Positions 30,649-39,142 of a stretch of 64,000 nt of DNA are shown one piece after another. Numbering within the stretch: the first letter of the stretch is position 1; each line of letters starts with the position of its first letter. The position numbers were made by a program, and so were the translations under genes. Source of the DNA: Candidatus Janibacter merdipullorum (GTDB lineage Bacteria > Actinomycetota > Actinomycetes > Actinomycetales > Dermatophilaceae); contig DXAR01000088.1 of assembly GCA_019116945.1 (NCBI GenBank), forward strand, positions 1,430 through 65,429. The letters are read 5' to 3'. The notes beneath the pieces were generated by a model. That model searched no databases and was not told the DNA's origin. It saw only the letters and a program-made list of their open reading frames with translations.

Positions 30649-31440
30649 ATGGACGCCGACGCCAGCACCTCCACCCGCATCGCCGTGCTCATCGACTGCG
30701 ACAACGTCTCGAGCAAGCACACGACCGCCGTGCTCGAGGAGCTCGCCAAGTACGGCACACCGACGGTCAAGCGGGCCTACGGGGACTGGACGACGACCCA
30801 GCTCGGCGGGTGGAAGGGCGAGCTGCAGCGCAATGCCATCCAGCCGGTGCAGCAGTTCGCCTACACGGTCGGCAAGAACTCCACCGACTCCGCCCTCATC
30901 ATCGACGCGATGGACCTCCTGTGGCAGGGCAATGTCGAGGCCTTCGCCCTCGTCTCCTCCGACTCCGACTTCACCCGCCTGGCCACGCGGCTCCGGGAGT
31001 CCGGCAAGCGGGTCTACGGGCTCGGCATGCGCAAGACCCCTGAGTCCCTGCGTCGTGCGGTCGACCAGTTCATCTTCCTCGAGCTGCTCGCCGAGCAGTC
31101 CCGGGAGGAGGACGACAAGCCCGAGGAGGACTCCACGGACGACGGGAGGACGCACGCCGGCTCCCCGTCCCCCGAGCCGACCCTCAACCTCCAGTCGGCG
31201 CTGACCAAGGCGATCAACGCCACCTCGGGTGATGACGGGTGGAGCACCCTCGGGACCATCGGTCAGCACCTCTCCCGCGCGCACGCGGACTTCGACCCGC
31301 GCGCCTTCGGCCACCAGAAGCTCTCGACCCTCGTCGAGGAGCAGCCCTACCTCGAGACCCGCAGCGAGGCCTCGATGATCCAGGTGCGGCTACGCACGAA
31401 GCAGCGTGCCGCCAAGAAGACGACGAACCGCAGCCGCTGA
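30649..31440 (+). CDS. NYN (LabA/DUF88) domain protein with C-terminal OST-HTH/LOTUS domain
   Basis: AVLIDCDN, RAYGDW, GKNSTDSALIIDAMDLL, SSDSDFTRLA; DFDPRAFGHQKLSTL. Confidence 0.88.
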   Translation: MDADASTSTRIAVLIDCDNVSSKHTTAVLEELAKYGTPTVKRAYGDWTTTQLGGWKGELQRNAIQPVQQFAYTVGKNSTDSALIIDAMDLLWQGNVEAFALVSSDSDFTRLATRLRESGKRVYGLGMRKTPESLRRAVDQFIFLELLAEQSREEDDKPEEDSTDDGRTHAGSPSPEPTLNLQSALTKAINATSGDDGWSTLGTIGQHLSRAHADFDPRAFGHQKLSTLVEEQPYLETRSEASMIQVRLRTKQRAAKKTTNRSR

Positions 31441-31522
31441 CGCGGCGCCCGTCACACGGGCATTCCCAGCGGTCCTGCCGCGGCCTAGACTGACCGCTGG
31501 TCCGCACCCCGAGGAGTACTCC

Positions 31523-32851
31523 ATGCACCGTGGTCGACGGCGACCGACCGGCACCACCCGGATCGTGGCGGCTGCCTGCCTCGCAGCAGGTGTGGCCCTG
31601 ACTCCGTCGGTGATGGCCGAGCCCACCGACCCGACGCCGACGAGTTCCCCGTCGCCGTCGGGGTCCTCCCCCGCTGACGCGTGGACGCCCGACGAAGACT
31701 CCCCGGTGGGCGACGCCAACGACACCCCGCTCACCGGCTCACGCCTCGACGAGCAGATCGCCGAGGCCGACCGGCTCGCCAAGGACCTGGCCGAGGACAG
31801 CAAGGAGATCAGCACCGCGGTCAAGGACCTCAAGTCCTACTCCTCCAAGGCCAACCGTCTCCTCCAGCGCAAGGCCAAGGCCCGGGACGAGTACGACGCC
31901 GCGAAGAAGGAGGCAGACGAGGCCGATCGACAGCTCCGGTCCTACCGCACGCGGCTGGAGGACGGCCGAGCCGGGCTGCGCACCTGGGCCTTCGACACGT
32001 ACACCCAGGCCGGTGGCTACTCCGACACGATGACGCTCTTCGGGACCCTGACCCGCCGCAGCGACACGGGGAGCACCTCCGCCGGTGACCTCAGCTACCT
32101 CACCGACGAGCGGATCCGCCAGGTCGACCTCGTCCGCAAGGGCACCGTGACCAAGGCCGACCTCAAGCGGACCAAGGACCGGGCCAAGGACAAGGCCGCC
32201 ACGGCCAAGAAGCGTGCCGACACGGCGAAGAAGGACGCCGACGCCGTCCTCAAGAAGCGCAAGCAGCGGCTGGAGACCCTGCGCAAGAAGCACTCCGACG
32301 AGCTCAAGGAGGCGGGCCCGGTCATCAACGCCCTCATCGGGATGCCCGACGAGGACGCCCAGGGGGCGAGCACCCGACTCCGCGACGCGCTCAAGGAGCT
32401 GGGGCAGGACGTCTCGGAGTTCGACGACGCGAAGCCGTGCTCGACCAACACCGAGACCTACCCCAACGGCCAGATCCCACCGAGCGCCATGTGCCCCCTC
32501 ATCGGCGCGCCCGGTGAGTCGCTGCGTCCGGCTGCTGCCGCCGCCTTCAACAGCATGAGCCGTGCCTACCAGCGCGACACCGGCCACACGCTCTGCGTCA
32601 CCGACAGCTACCGCTCCTACGGCGAGCAGGTCGTGACGAAGTCCGAGAAGGGGCACTGGGCGGCCACCCCGGGCAAGAGCAACCACGGCCTGGGCAAGGC
32701 GCTGGACCTCTGCGGCGGGGTGAACAACTTCGGCCACCCGGCGCACGAGTGGATGCAGCAGAACGCCCCCATGTACGGGTGGTTCCACCCCTCGTGGGCC
32801 GCGGCCGACGGGTCACTCCCCGAGCCGTGGCACTGGGAGTTCGCCGGCTGA
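31523..32851 (+). CDS. Secreted M15B (VanY-like) D,D-carboxypeptidase with coiled-coil N-terminus
   Basis: Signal peptide, Lys/Ala coiled coil, VTDSYRSY, SNHGLGKALD, EPWHWEF. Confidence 0.85.
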   Translation: MHRGRRRPTGTTRIVAAACLAAGVALTPSVMAEPTDPTPTSSPSPSGSSPADAWTPDEDSPVGDANDTPLTGSRLDEQIAEADRLAKDLAEDSKEISTAVKDLKSYSSKANRLLQRKAKARDEYDAAKKEADEADRQLRSYRTRLEDGRAGLRTWAFDTYTQAGGYSDTMTLFGTLTRRSDTGSTSAGDLSYLTDERIRQVDLVRKGTVTKADLKRTKDRAKDKAATAKKRADTAKKDADAVLKKRKQRLETLRKKHSDELKEAGPVINALIGMPDEDAQGASTRLRDALKELGQDVSEFDDAKPCSTNTETYPNGQIPPSAMCPLIGAPGESLRPAAAAAFNSMSRAYQRDTGHTLCVTDSYRSYGEQVVTKSEKGHWAATPGKSNHGLGKALDLCGGVNNFGHPAHEWMQQNAPMYGWFHPSWAAADGSLPEPWHWEFAG

Positions 32852-34207
32852 TCAGTCCGCGGTCGACACGGTGCCGTCGGGTGAACGCACCGGGACGAGC
32901 ACCGCGAGCCCGGCGACGAGGACGAGGGCGATCCCGAGGATCCCCCAGTACTGCGTGTTGTCCGCGCCCGTGACCACGGAGCCGATCCAGATGAAGAGGC
33001 CGAAGGCCGCCGGGGACAGGAAGGACGCGACCCGGCCCGTCGTCGCGTAGAGGCCGAAGATCTCGCCGCTGTGGCCCTCCGGGATGACCCGGGCGAGGAA
33101 GCTGCGGGAGGCGGCCTGCGCGGGCCCGACGAAGGCCGTCATCGCCAGCCCGAGCGTCCAGAAGACCATCGCACCCCCGTCGTGGAGGACGAAGACGCCG
33201 AGGCCGAGGACGACGAGCGAGACGAGCGAGATGAGGATGACCCTCTTGGGGCCGAGGCGGTCGTCGAGCAGGCCGAAGAGCATCGTGCTCACCCCCGCGA
33301 GGATGTTGGCGGCGGCACCGAAGATGATGACCTCGCTCGCCGACATCCCGAAGGTGCCGGCGGCCAGGACCGCGCCGAAGGCGAAGACACCGGCGAGGCC
33401 GTCACGGAAGAGGGCCGAGGCGCCGAGGAAGTAGACCGTGTGCCGCGACGTGCGCCACAGGGTGCGCAGCGAGACCCAGACGAGGCGGTAGGACTCGACG
33501 ACCCCCACGCTCGGGCTGCGCTCGCTCGGTCGGTCCTTGAGCACGATGAAGGTGGGGATGGTGAAGAGGAGGATCCACACCCCGCACGCGAGCATCGAGA
33601 CGCGGATGTCCATGCCCTCGTCGCCGGTGACCCCGAAGAGCCCGCGCTCCGGCTGGATGAAGAGGACGAAGAGGAGCAGCAGGACGATGATCCCGCCGAG
33701 ATAGCCCATCCCCCAACCGAATCCGGAGATGCGACCGACGTTGGTGGGCGAGGCCACCTGCTCGATGGAGGCGTTGTAGTTGACCCCGGCGATCTCGGAG
33801 ATGATCGACCCGACACCGAGGAGGACGAGGCCGAGCACGAGGTACGACGGGTCGGGCTTGACGAGGAAGAGCGAGGCGGAGAGGGCCGCGAGGACCCACG
33901 TCTGGAGGCGCAGGTTGCGCACGGTGCGGCCTGAACGGTCGGAGTTCTGCCCGAGCACCGGGGCGAGCACGGCCACGAGCAGTCCGGCCACGGCGGTGGA
34001 GATCGCGAGGGCCGTCGACGTGGTGTTCGTGCTGCCGAAGCTCTCGCTCGTGAGGTAGACGGAGAAGACGAAGGTCGTGATGACGGTGTTGAAGGGCTGG
34101 GACCCCCAGTCCCACATGGCCCAGCCGAGGACCCTCCCCCTTCCCCCGTCGGGCTCGGCGCGGAGCGCCGGCTCGGGTGGCGCTGAGGACGGGGTCGGGA
34201 CGGTCAC
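32852..34207 (-). CDS. MFS transporter (UMF1/Atg22-like)
   Basis: GWAMWDWGSQPFNTVITTF, GRISGFGWGMGYLGG, QAASRSFLAR, FGLYATTGR. Confidence 0.85.
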   Translation of the reverse strand: MTVPTPSSAPPEPALRAEPDGGRGRVLGWAMWDWGSQPFNTVITTFVFSVYLTSESFGSTNTTSTALAISTAVAGLLVAVLAPVLGQNSDRSGRTVRNLRLQTWVLAALSASLFLVKPDPSYLVLGLVLLGVGSIISEIAGVNYNASIEQVASPTNVGRISGFGWGMGYLGGIIVLLLLFVLFIQPERGLFGVTGDEGMDIRVSMLACGVWILLFTIPTFIVLKDRPSERSPSVGVVESYRLVWVSLRTLWRTSRHTVYFLGASALFRDGLAGVFAFGAVLAAGTFGMSASEVIIFGAAANILAGVSTMLFGLLDDRLGPKRVILISLVSLVVLGLGVFVLHDGGAMVFWTLGLAMTAFVGPAQAASRSFLARVIPEGHSGEIFGLYATTGRVASFLSPAAFGLFIWIGSVVTGADNTQYWGILGIALVLVAGLAVLVPVRSPDGTVSTAD

Positions 34208-34459
34208 GGCCCGAGGCTATCGGGTAGGAGGTGCCTCGATGTGCGCGACACGGTGGTGACGCGCTATCCTGTGGGGTCGCCTCAGGTTCGGCCCACGAGC
34301 CGACCGCTGCACGGGCCCGCACGGCCCGACGAGACAGACCTCACCCAGCGCAATGACGCGCCCTGCGGAACATCGGACCCGGTCCGGGCGTTGACGCAGG
34401 AGAGCAGGTCTGCGCAGCAGGGGCGCAGACACCGCGAGAGACACCAGGAGACTTGCAAC

Positions 34460-34816
34460 ATGGCAGAGCGCACGCTGCGCGGAACGCGCATGGTCAGCTT
34501 CAGCATGGAGACGACGGACAACGTCGTGCCCAGCGACCGTCAGATCACGGCCTATGTCTGCGAGGACGGGCACAAGACCGAGCTCCCCTTCTCGGTCGAG
34601 GCCGACATCCCCGGCACGTGGGAGTGCCGCTGCGGCAAGCTCGGCAAGCTCGTCGACGGTCCGGAGCCGGACCTCAAGCCGGCCAAGCACGTCCGCACCC
34701 ACTGGGACATGCTGCTCGAGCGCCGCTCCATCCCCGAGCTGGAGGAGCTCCTCGAGGAGCGTCTGGCCCTGCTCCGCGCCAAGCGGGGCGAGAAGCCGCG
34801 CAAGCGCTCCGCCTGA
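34460..34816 (+). CDS. rbpA: RNA polymerase-binding protein RbpA
   Basis: MAERTLRGTR, YVCEDGH, WECRCG, RTHWDMLLERRSIPELEELLEERL. Confidence 0.95.
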   Translation: MAERTLRGTRMVSFSMETTDNVVPSDRQITAYVCEDGHKTELPFSVEADIPGTWECRCGKLGKLVDGPEPDLKPAKHVRTHWDMLLERRSIPELEELLEERLALLRAKRGEKPRKRSA

Positions 34817-34828
34817 GCCACCACCTCT

Positions 34829-34874
34829 GACGAAGGGGGTCCCGCCACCAGGAGGTGGCGGGACCCCCTTCGTC
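34829..34874. terminator. 21-bp perfect hairpin between convergent rbpA and fxsA
   Basis: gacgaagggggtcccgccacc-agga-ggtggcgggacccccttcgtc. Confidence 0.8.
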
Positions 34875-34886
34875 GTGTGTGGTCGG

Positions 34887-35393
34887 TCAGTCGTCGTCGA
34901 CGATCTCGCCCTCGATGACCTCGCCGGAGGAGTCCTCGGTCCGCTCGACCCGGGCCTGTCCCGGCGGGCGCGGTGGGCCACCTGCGCCGGGGACGACGGC
35001 GATGACCCGGCGGGCGATGATCACCTCGAGGCCGATCCGGGCCACCGGCCGGGTGAAGGGCAGGACGAAGAGCAGGCCGAGGACATCCGTGACGAATCCG
35101 GGGGCGACGAGCAGCGCGCCGCCGACCCACACGAGGACGGCATCCGCCATCTGGCGACTGGGCATCTCGCCGCTGCGCACGGCCTCGCCGAGCGCCCGCC
35201 AGGTCCGCCGACCCTCCCGTCGCACGAGCCACGCCCCGAGGACGGAGGTCGCGAGGAGGAGCACGATGGTCCACCCGACGCCGAGCTGCCGCCCGACGAG
35301 GATGAGGACGGCGACCTCGAGGACGAAGGTGAGGACGAGGACGAGGGGGATCCAGCGCACCCGTCGTCGCGTCCTCCGGGGCGGCACGCTCAC
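34887..35393 (-). CDS. fxsA: FxsA family membrane protein
   Basis: LEVAVLILVG, REGRRTW, LLVAPGFVTDVLG; conserved synteny. Confidence 0.88.
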   Translation of the reverse strand: MSVPPRRTRRRVRWIPLVLVLTFVLEVAVLILVGRQLGVGWTIVLLLATSVLGAWLVRREGRRTWRALGEAVRSGEMPSRQMADAVLVWVGGALLVAPGFVTDVLGLLFVLPFTRPVARIGLEVIIARRVIAVVPGAGGPPRPPGQARVERTEDSSGEVIEGEIVDDD

Positions 35394-36175
35394 TGCTGCC
35401 GCCCCCGTGGGTCGCGGTCCAGCAGGCGCTGCAGCTGTTGCCGGCGGTGCGCCAGGCCCCAGCCGGTGATCCGCGACATCGACTCGCGCACGACGTCGCC
35501 GTCCATCTTGGAGTCCCCGATCTCACGCTCGATGAAGGTGATGGGGATCTCGACGACGGTGAGCCCGGCTCGGACGGTGCGCACGGTGAGGTCGGTCTGG
35601 AAGCAGTAGCCCGCGCTCTGGACGTCGTCGAGACCGATGGTGCGCAGGGTCTCGGCCCGGTAGACCCGGTAGCCCGCGGTCGCGTCACTCACCGGCATCC
35701 CGAGCAGGACCCTGATGTAGGCATTGCCGGCGATGCTGATCGCCTTGCGGTTCGCCGGCCAGTTGACGACCCGGCCACCCCGGACATAGCGGGACCCGAT
35801 GACGAGATCGGCGTCGGCGGCCGCCTCGAGCATCCGCGGCAGGTGCTCCGGACGGTGCGAGCCGTCGGCGTCCATCTCGACGATGGCGTCGTAGCCCTGC
35901 TCGAGGGCCCAGGCGAAGCCGTCGAGGTAGGCGGCGCCGAGCCCCTCCTTGCCGGCCCGGTGACGCACGAGGACGTGGTCGTCGACGGCGGCCAGCTCGT
36001 CCGCCACGTCCCCGGTGCCGTCCGGCGAGTTGTCGTCGAGGACGACGACGTCCGCGTCGGGCACGGCGGCCCGCACACGCTCGACGATGCGCGGGAGGTT
36101 CTCCCGCTCGTTGTACGTGGGGATGAGGACGGCGACCCGCTCGATCGGCGGTCGCTGCTCACGGGGGTCAGGCAC
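35390..36175 (-). CDS. ppm1: Polyprenol-monophosphomannose synthase (GT2)
   Basis: VLIPTYNE, DDNSPDGTG, EMDADGSH, DATAGYR, GYCFQTD. Confidence 0.92.
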   Translation of the reverse strand: MPDPREQRPPIERVAVLIPTYNERENLPRIVERVRAAVPDADVVVLDDNSPDGTGDVADELAAVDDHVLVRHRAGKEGLGAAYLDGFAWALEQGYDAIVEMDADGSHRPEHLPRMLEAAADADLVIGSRYVRGGRVVNWPANRKAISIAGNAYIRVLLGMPVSDATAGYRVYRAETLRTIGLDDVQSAGYCFQTDLTVRTVRAGLTVVEIPITFIEREIGDSKMDGDVVRESMSRITGWGLAHRRQQLQRLLDRDPRGRQQ

Positions 36176-37745
36176 CGGCGGTGGCTTCCTCGGTCTGCGG
36201 GGACGGGGTCTGGCCCCCGAGCCTACCCGTGGGTCGCTTCATCACCCGAAGCACTACCGCGCCGAGGAGCAGCAGCCCGCACACCCACTCCACCCACGGG
36301 CCGACCCGGTCGGAGAGCGTCAGACCGCTCCGCAGGACGACGTGCTCAGCGGGCTGGGCGGCCGTGAAGAGATCGGTCGTCGGCGTCGAGGTGCCGTTGG
36401 GGTTGATGAACCCTGAGACCCCGACGGTCGACACGTGCGCCACCGAGCGGCCGTGCTCGATGGCCCGGATGCGGGAGATCGCGTACTGCTGGGTGGACTC
36501 GGCGGTGTGCCCGAAGGTCGCGTTGTTGGTCTGCACGACGAGGAGACTCGGGTCCCCCTGCTTCTCCGCGTGGCGCACGGCGTCCCGCATGAGGCCGTCG
36601 TAGGCGACCTCGAAGCAGATCGTCGGCACCGCGGAGAAGGTGCCCTGGGCTCCCTCCACCTCGAAGGCTACGGTCCGGTCCCCCTTCGCGAAGCCCGCCC
36701 GGACGAGGTCGACCTGGGAGCTGAAGAGGCGGTAGAAGTCCCGGTGGGGCACGTACTCGGCGAAGGGGACGGGGTGCTTCTTGACGTAGCGCTCCGGCGT
36801 CCCGCCGTCCGGCTCGTAGAGGAGCGAGGCATTCGAGACCGCCGGCCGCGGCTCGTCGAGGATGGCCCCCACGACGAGCGGGGTGTCGACGGCCGCGACG
36901 GCCCGGTCCACCTGTCGCCGTGCGTCGTCGTTGCGAAGGGGGTCGATGTCCGAGGAGTTCTCCGGCCAGATGACGAGGTCGAGGTCGTCGTGGGCCTCGG
37001 CGAGGCGCTCGGTCCCCGAGACGTGGTTGTCGAGCACCTGACGCCGCTCGGCGTTGAAGTCCAGACCCGCCTTGGGCACGTTGCCCTGGACCATCCCGAT
37101 CCTCGCCGTGGAGTCGCCCTCCGTCGGGAGCGGGACCGCGTAGGACCCGGCGAAGAGGGCCACCGCGAGGGTGCCGGAGACCCAAGGCGCGCGGCGGGTC
37201 ACGGCGAGGACGACGAGTGGCGTGGCCATGAGGGCCACGACGAAGGTGATGAGTGGCGCTCCCCCGATCGCGGCCCACCGGGCGAAGGGGGCGTCGGCCT
37301 GACCGAAGGCGATCCGGGCCCACGGGAAGCCGCCGTAGGGGACGGTGCCCCGCACGAGCTCCTGGAGGACCCAGAGCACGGGGACGAGGAGGGTGGCGCC
37401 GAGGTGCCGGCCCCGGCGGATGAAGGGGGCCTGGACCCACACGAGGACGGCTCCCATGGCGGCGACGTAGAGCGCCTCGGTCGTCGCGAGGGCGAACCAC
37501 GGGAAGCGACCGACGAAGATCCCCGACCAGCTGAGGGTGGGGACGAAGCAGCCGAGACCCGCGACGAGGCCGAGGAGGGCCCCCGTCCGGGGCCGGACAT
37601 CCCACATGGCGATCGCGATGAGCGCGACCCCGGGGATCGCGGCGATGGCGATGTCGTGGTCGGGGAAGCTGAGCCAGAGCAGCAGGCCGCCCGCGAGGGC
37701 GAGCAGCAGGCGGACCGGCAGGACGCGGGGGTCGACTACTCCCAC
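36168..37745 (-). CDS. lnt: Apolipoprotein N-acyltransferase
   Basis: VIWPENS, KKHPVPFAEY, ICFEVAY, QTNNATF. Confidence 0.93.
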   Translation of the reverse strand: MGVVDPRVLPVRLLLALAGGLLLWLSFPDHDIAIAAIPGVALIAIAMWDVRPRTGALLGLVAGLGCFVPTLSWSGIFVGRFPWFALATTEALYVAAMGAVLVWVQAPFIRRGRHLGATLLVPVLWVLQELVRGTVPYGGFPWARIAFGQADAPFARWAAIGGAPLITFVVALMATPLVVLAVTRRAPWVSGTLAVALFAGSYAVPLPTEGDSTARIGMVQGNVPKAGLDFNAERRQVLDNHVSGTERLAEAHDDLDLVIWPENSSDIDPLRNDDARRQVDRAVAAVDTPLVVGAILDEPRPAVSNASLLYEPDGGTPERYVKKHPVPFAEYVPHRDFYRLFSSQVDLVRAGFAKGDRTVAFEVEGAQGTFSAVPTICFEVAYDGLMRDAVRHAEKQGDPSLLVVQTNNATFGHTAESTQQYAISRIRAIEHGRSVAHVSTVGVSGFINPNGTSTPTTDLFTAAQPAEHVVLRSGLTLSDRVGPWVEWVCGLLLLGAVVLRVMKRPTGRLGGQTPSPQTEEATAGA

Positions 37746-38158
37746 GGCGTCGTCAGCACGATCGTCGTCCGCGTCGACACCCCACCGGCGGAGCGCACGC
37801 GGGCGAGGAGCTCCTCGAGGTCCTGGGGCGTGCCCACGCGGACGCGGAGGAGGTAGTTGGAGTCACCGGCGACGGAGTAGCAGGCGTCGATCTCCTCGAT
37901 CCCCCGCAACCGGTCCGGGATGTCGTCGGGGTCGCGGGGGTCGAGCGGCGCGACGGAGACGAAGGCGGTGAGAGGGGTCCCGAGCGCGGAGGCATCGACG
38001 ACCGCGGTGTAGCCGGAGATGACGCCGCGCTCCTCGAGGCGACGCACGCGCTGGTGGACCGCCGAGGTGGACAGGCCGATGGCCTTGCCGAGGTCGGTGA
38101 AGCTCATGCGGCCGTCCTGGCGCAGGAGGTCGATGATGCGACGGTCGGCTTCTTCCAT
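37736..38158 (-). CDS. Lrp/AsnC family regulator
   Basis: DRRIIDLLRQDGRMSFTDLGKAIGLSTSAVHQRVRRLEERGVI. Confidence 0.9.
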   Translation of the reverse strand: MEEADRRIIDLLRQDGRMSFTDLGKAIGLSTSAVHQRVRRLEERGVISGYTAVVDASALGTPLTAFVSVAPLDPRDPDDIPDRLRGIEEIDACYSVAGDSNYLLRVRVGTPQDLEELLARVRSAGGVSTRTTIVLTTPWE

Positions 38159-38194
38159 GCCAGAACCATAGGCGACACCCGTATCGTCGACCGC

Positions 38195-39139
38195 ATGTCC
38201 CTCTCGGCGAGTGAACGCCTCCTCCTGCTCGACTCCGCATCGTTGTACTTCCGGGCCTTCTACGGCGTGCCGGCCCGCACCGGCGGCCCGTCGGGCCTGC
38301 CGACCAATGCCGTGGCCGGGTTCCTCGACATGATCGCCACGCTCATCACCCGCTACGGACCGACCCATGTCGTCGCCTGCTGGGACGACGACTGGCGCCC
38401 GCAGTGGCGGGTCGACGCCATCCCGACGTACAAGGCACACCGGGTCGCGGAGGATGCCGCGGAGGGTGAGGACGTGCCGGACGAGCTCGGCCCGCAGGTG
38501 CCGATCATCGCCGACGCCCTGGCGGCGATCGGGATCGCCCGCGTCGGTGCACCGCACTACGAGGCCGATGACGTCATCGGCACCTATGCCATGCGCTACC
38601 GCGGGCAGATGCCCGTCGACGTCGTCACGGGCGACCGCGACCTCTTCCAGCTCGTTGACGACGCCTCGGGCACGCGCGTGCTCTACACGGCCCGCGGCGG
38701 TGTCCGGGAGCCGGACGTCATCACCCAGGAGGTCCTCATGGACAAGTACGGCGTCGCCACCGGCGACGCCTACGTCGACATGGCGGCGCTCCGCGGGGAC
38801 ACGAGCGACGGCCTCCCCGGCGTCAAGGGGATCGGCGACAAGACCGCTGCCCTCCTCATCGCCGAGTACGGCTCCCTCGCCGGAGTCCGCGAGGCGCTCG
38901 CGGCCGGCGACCCGGGGATCAAGGGGGCCCGCCGCACCCGCCTCGAGGAGGCCTCGGACTATCTCGACGTCGCCCCCCTCGTCGTCCGCGTGGCGCACGA
39001 CGTCCCCGTCGGCGACACCGACCCCCGCCTGCCGGAGGACATCGCGGACCCGGCCGCGATGAGCCAGCTGGCCCTCGAGCACGGACTCACCGGGCCCTTC
39101 GACCGGGTGGGCGCCGCCCTTCGCTCGGTCCGCGCGTAG
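38195..39139 (+). CDS. 5'-3' exonuclease (flap endonuclease-like, stand-alone PolI N-terminal domain)
   Basis: LLLDSASLYFRAFY, YEADDVI, TGDRDLFQL, LRGDTSDGLPGVKGIGDKTA. Confidence 0.9.
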   Translation: MSLSASERLLLLDSASLYFRAFYGVPARTGGPSGLPTNAVAGFLDMIATLITRYGPTHVVACWDDDWRPQWRVDAIPTYKAHRVAEDAAEGEDVPDELGPQVPIIADALAAIGIARVGAPHYEADDVIGTYAMRYRGQMPVDVVTGDRDLFQLVDDASGTRVLYTARGGVREPDVITQEVLMDKYGVATGDAYVDMAALRGDTSDGLPGVKGIGDKTAALLIAEYGSLAGVREALAAGDPGIKGARRTRLEEASDYLDVAPLVVRVAHDVPVGDTDPRLPEDIADPAAMSQLALEHGLTGPFDRVGAALRSVRA

Positions 39140-39142
39140 CGG

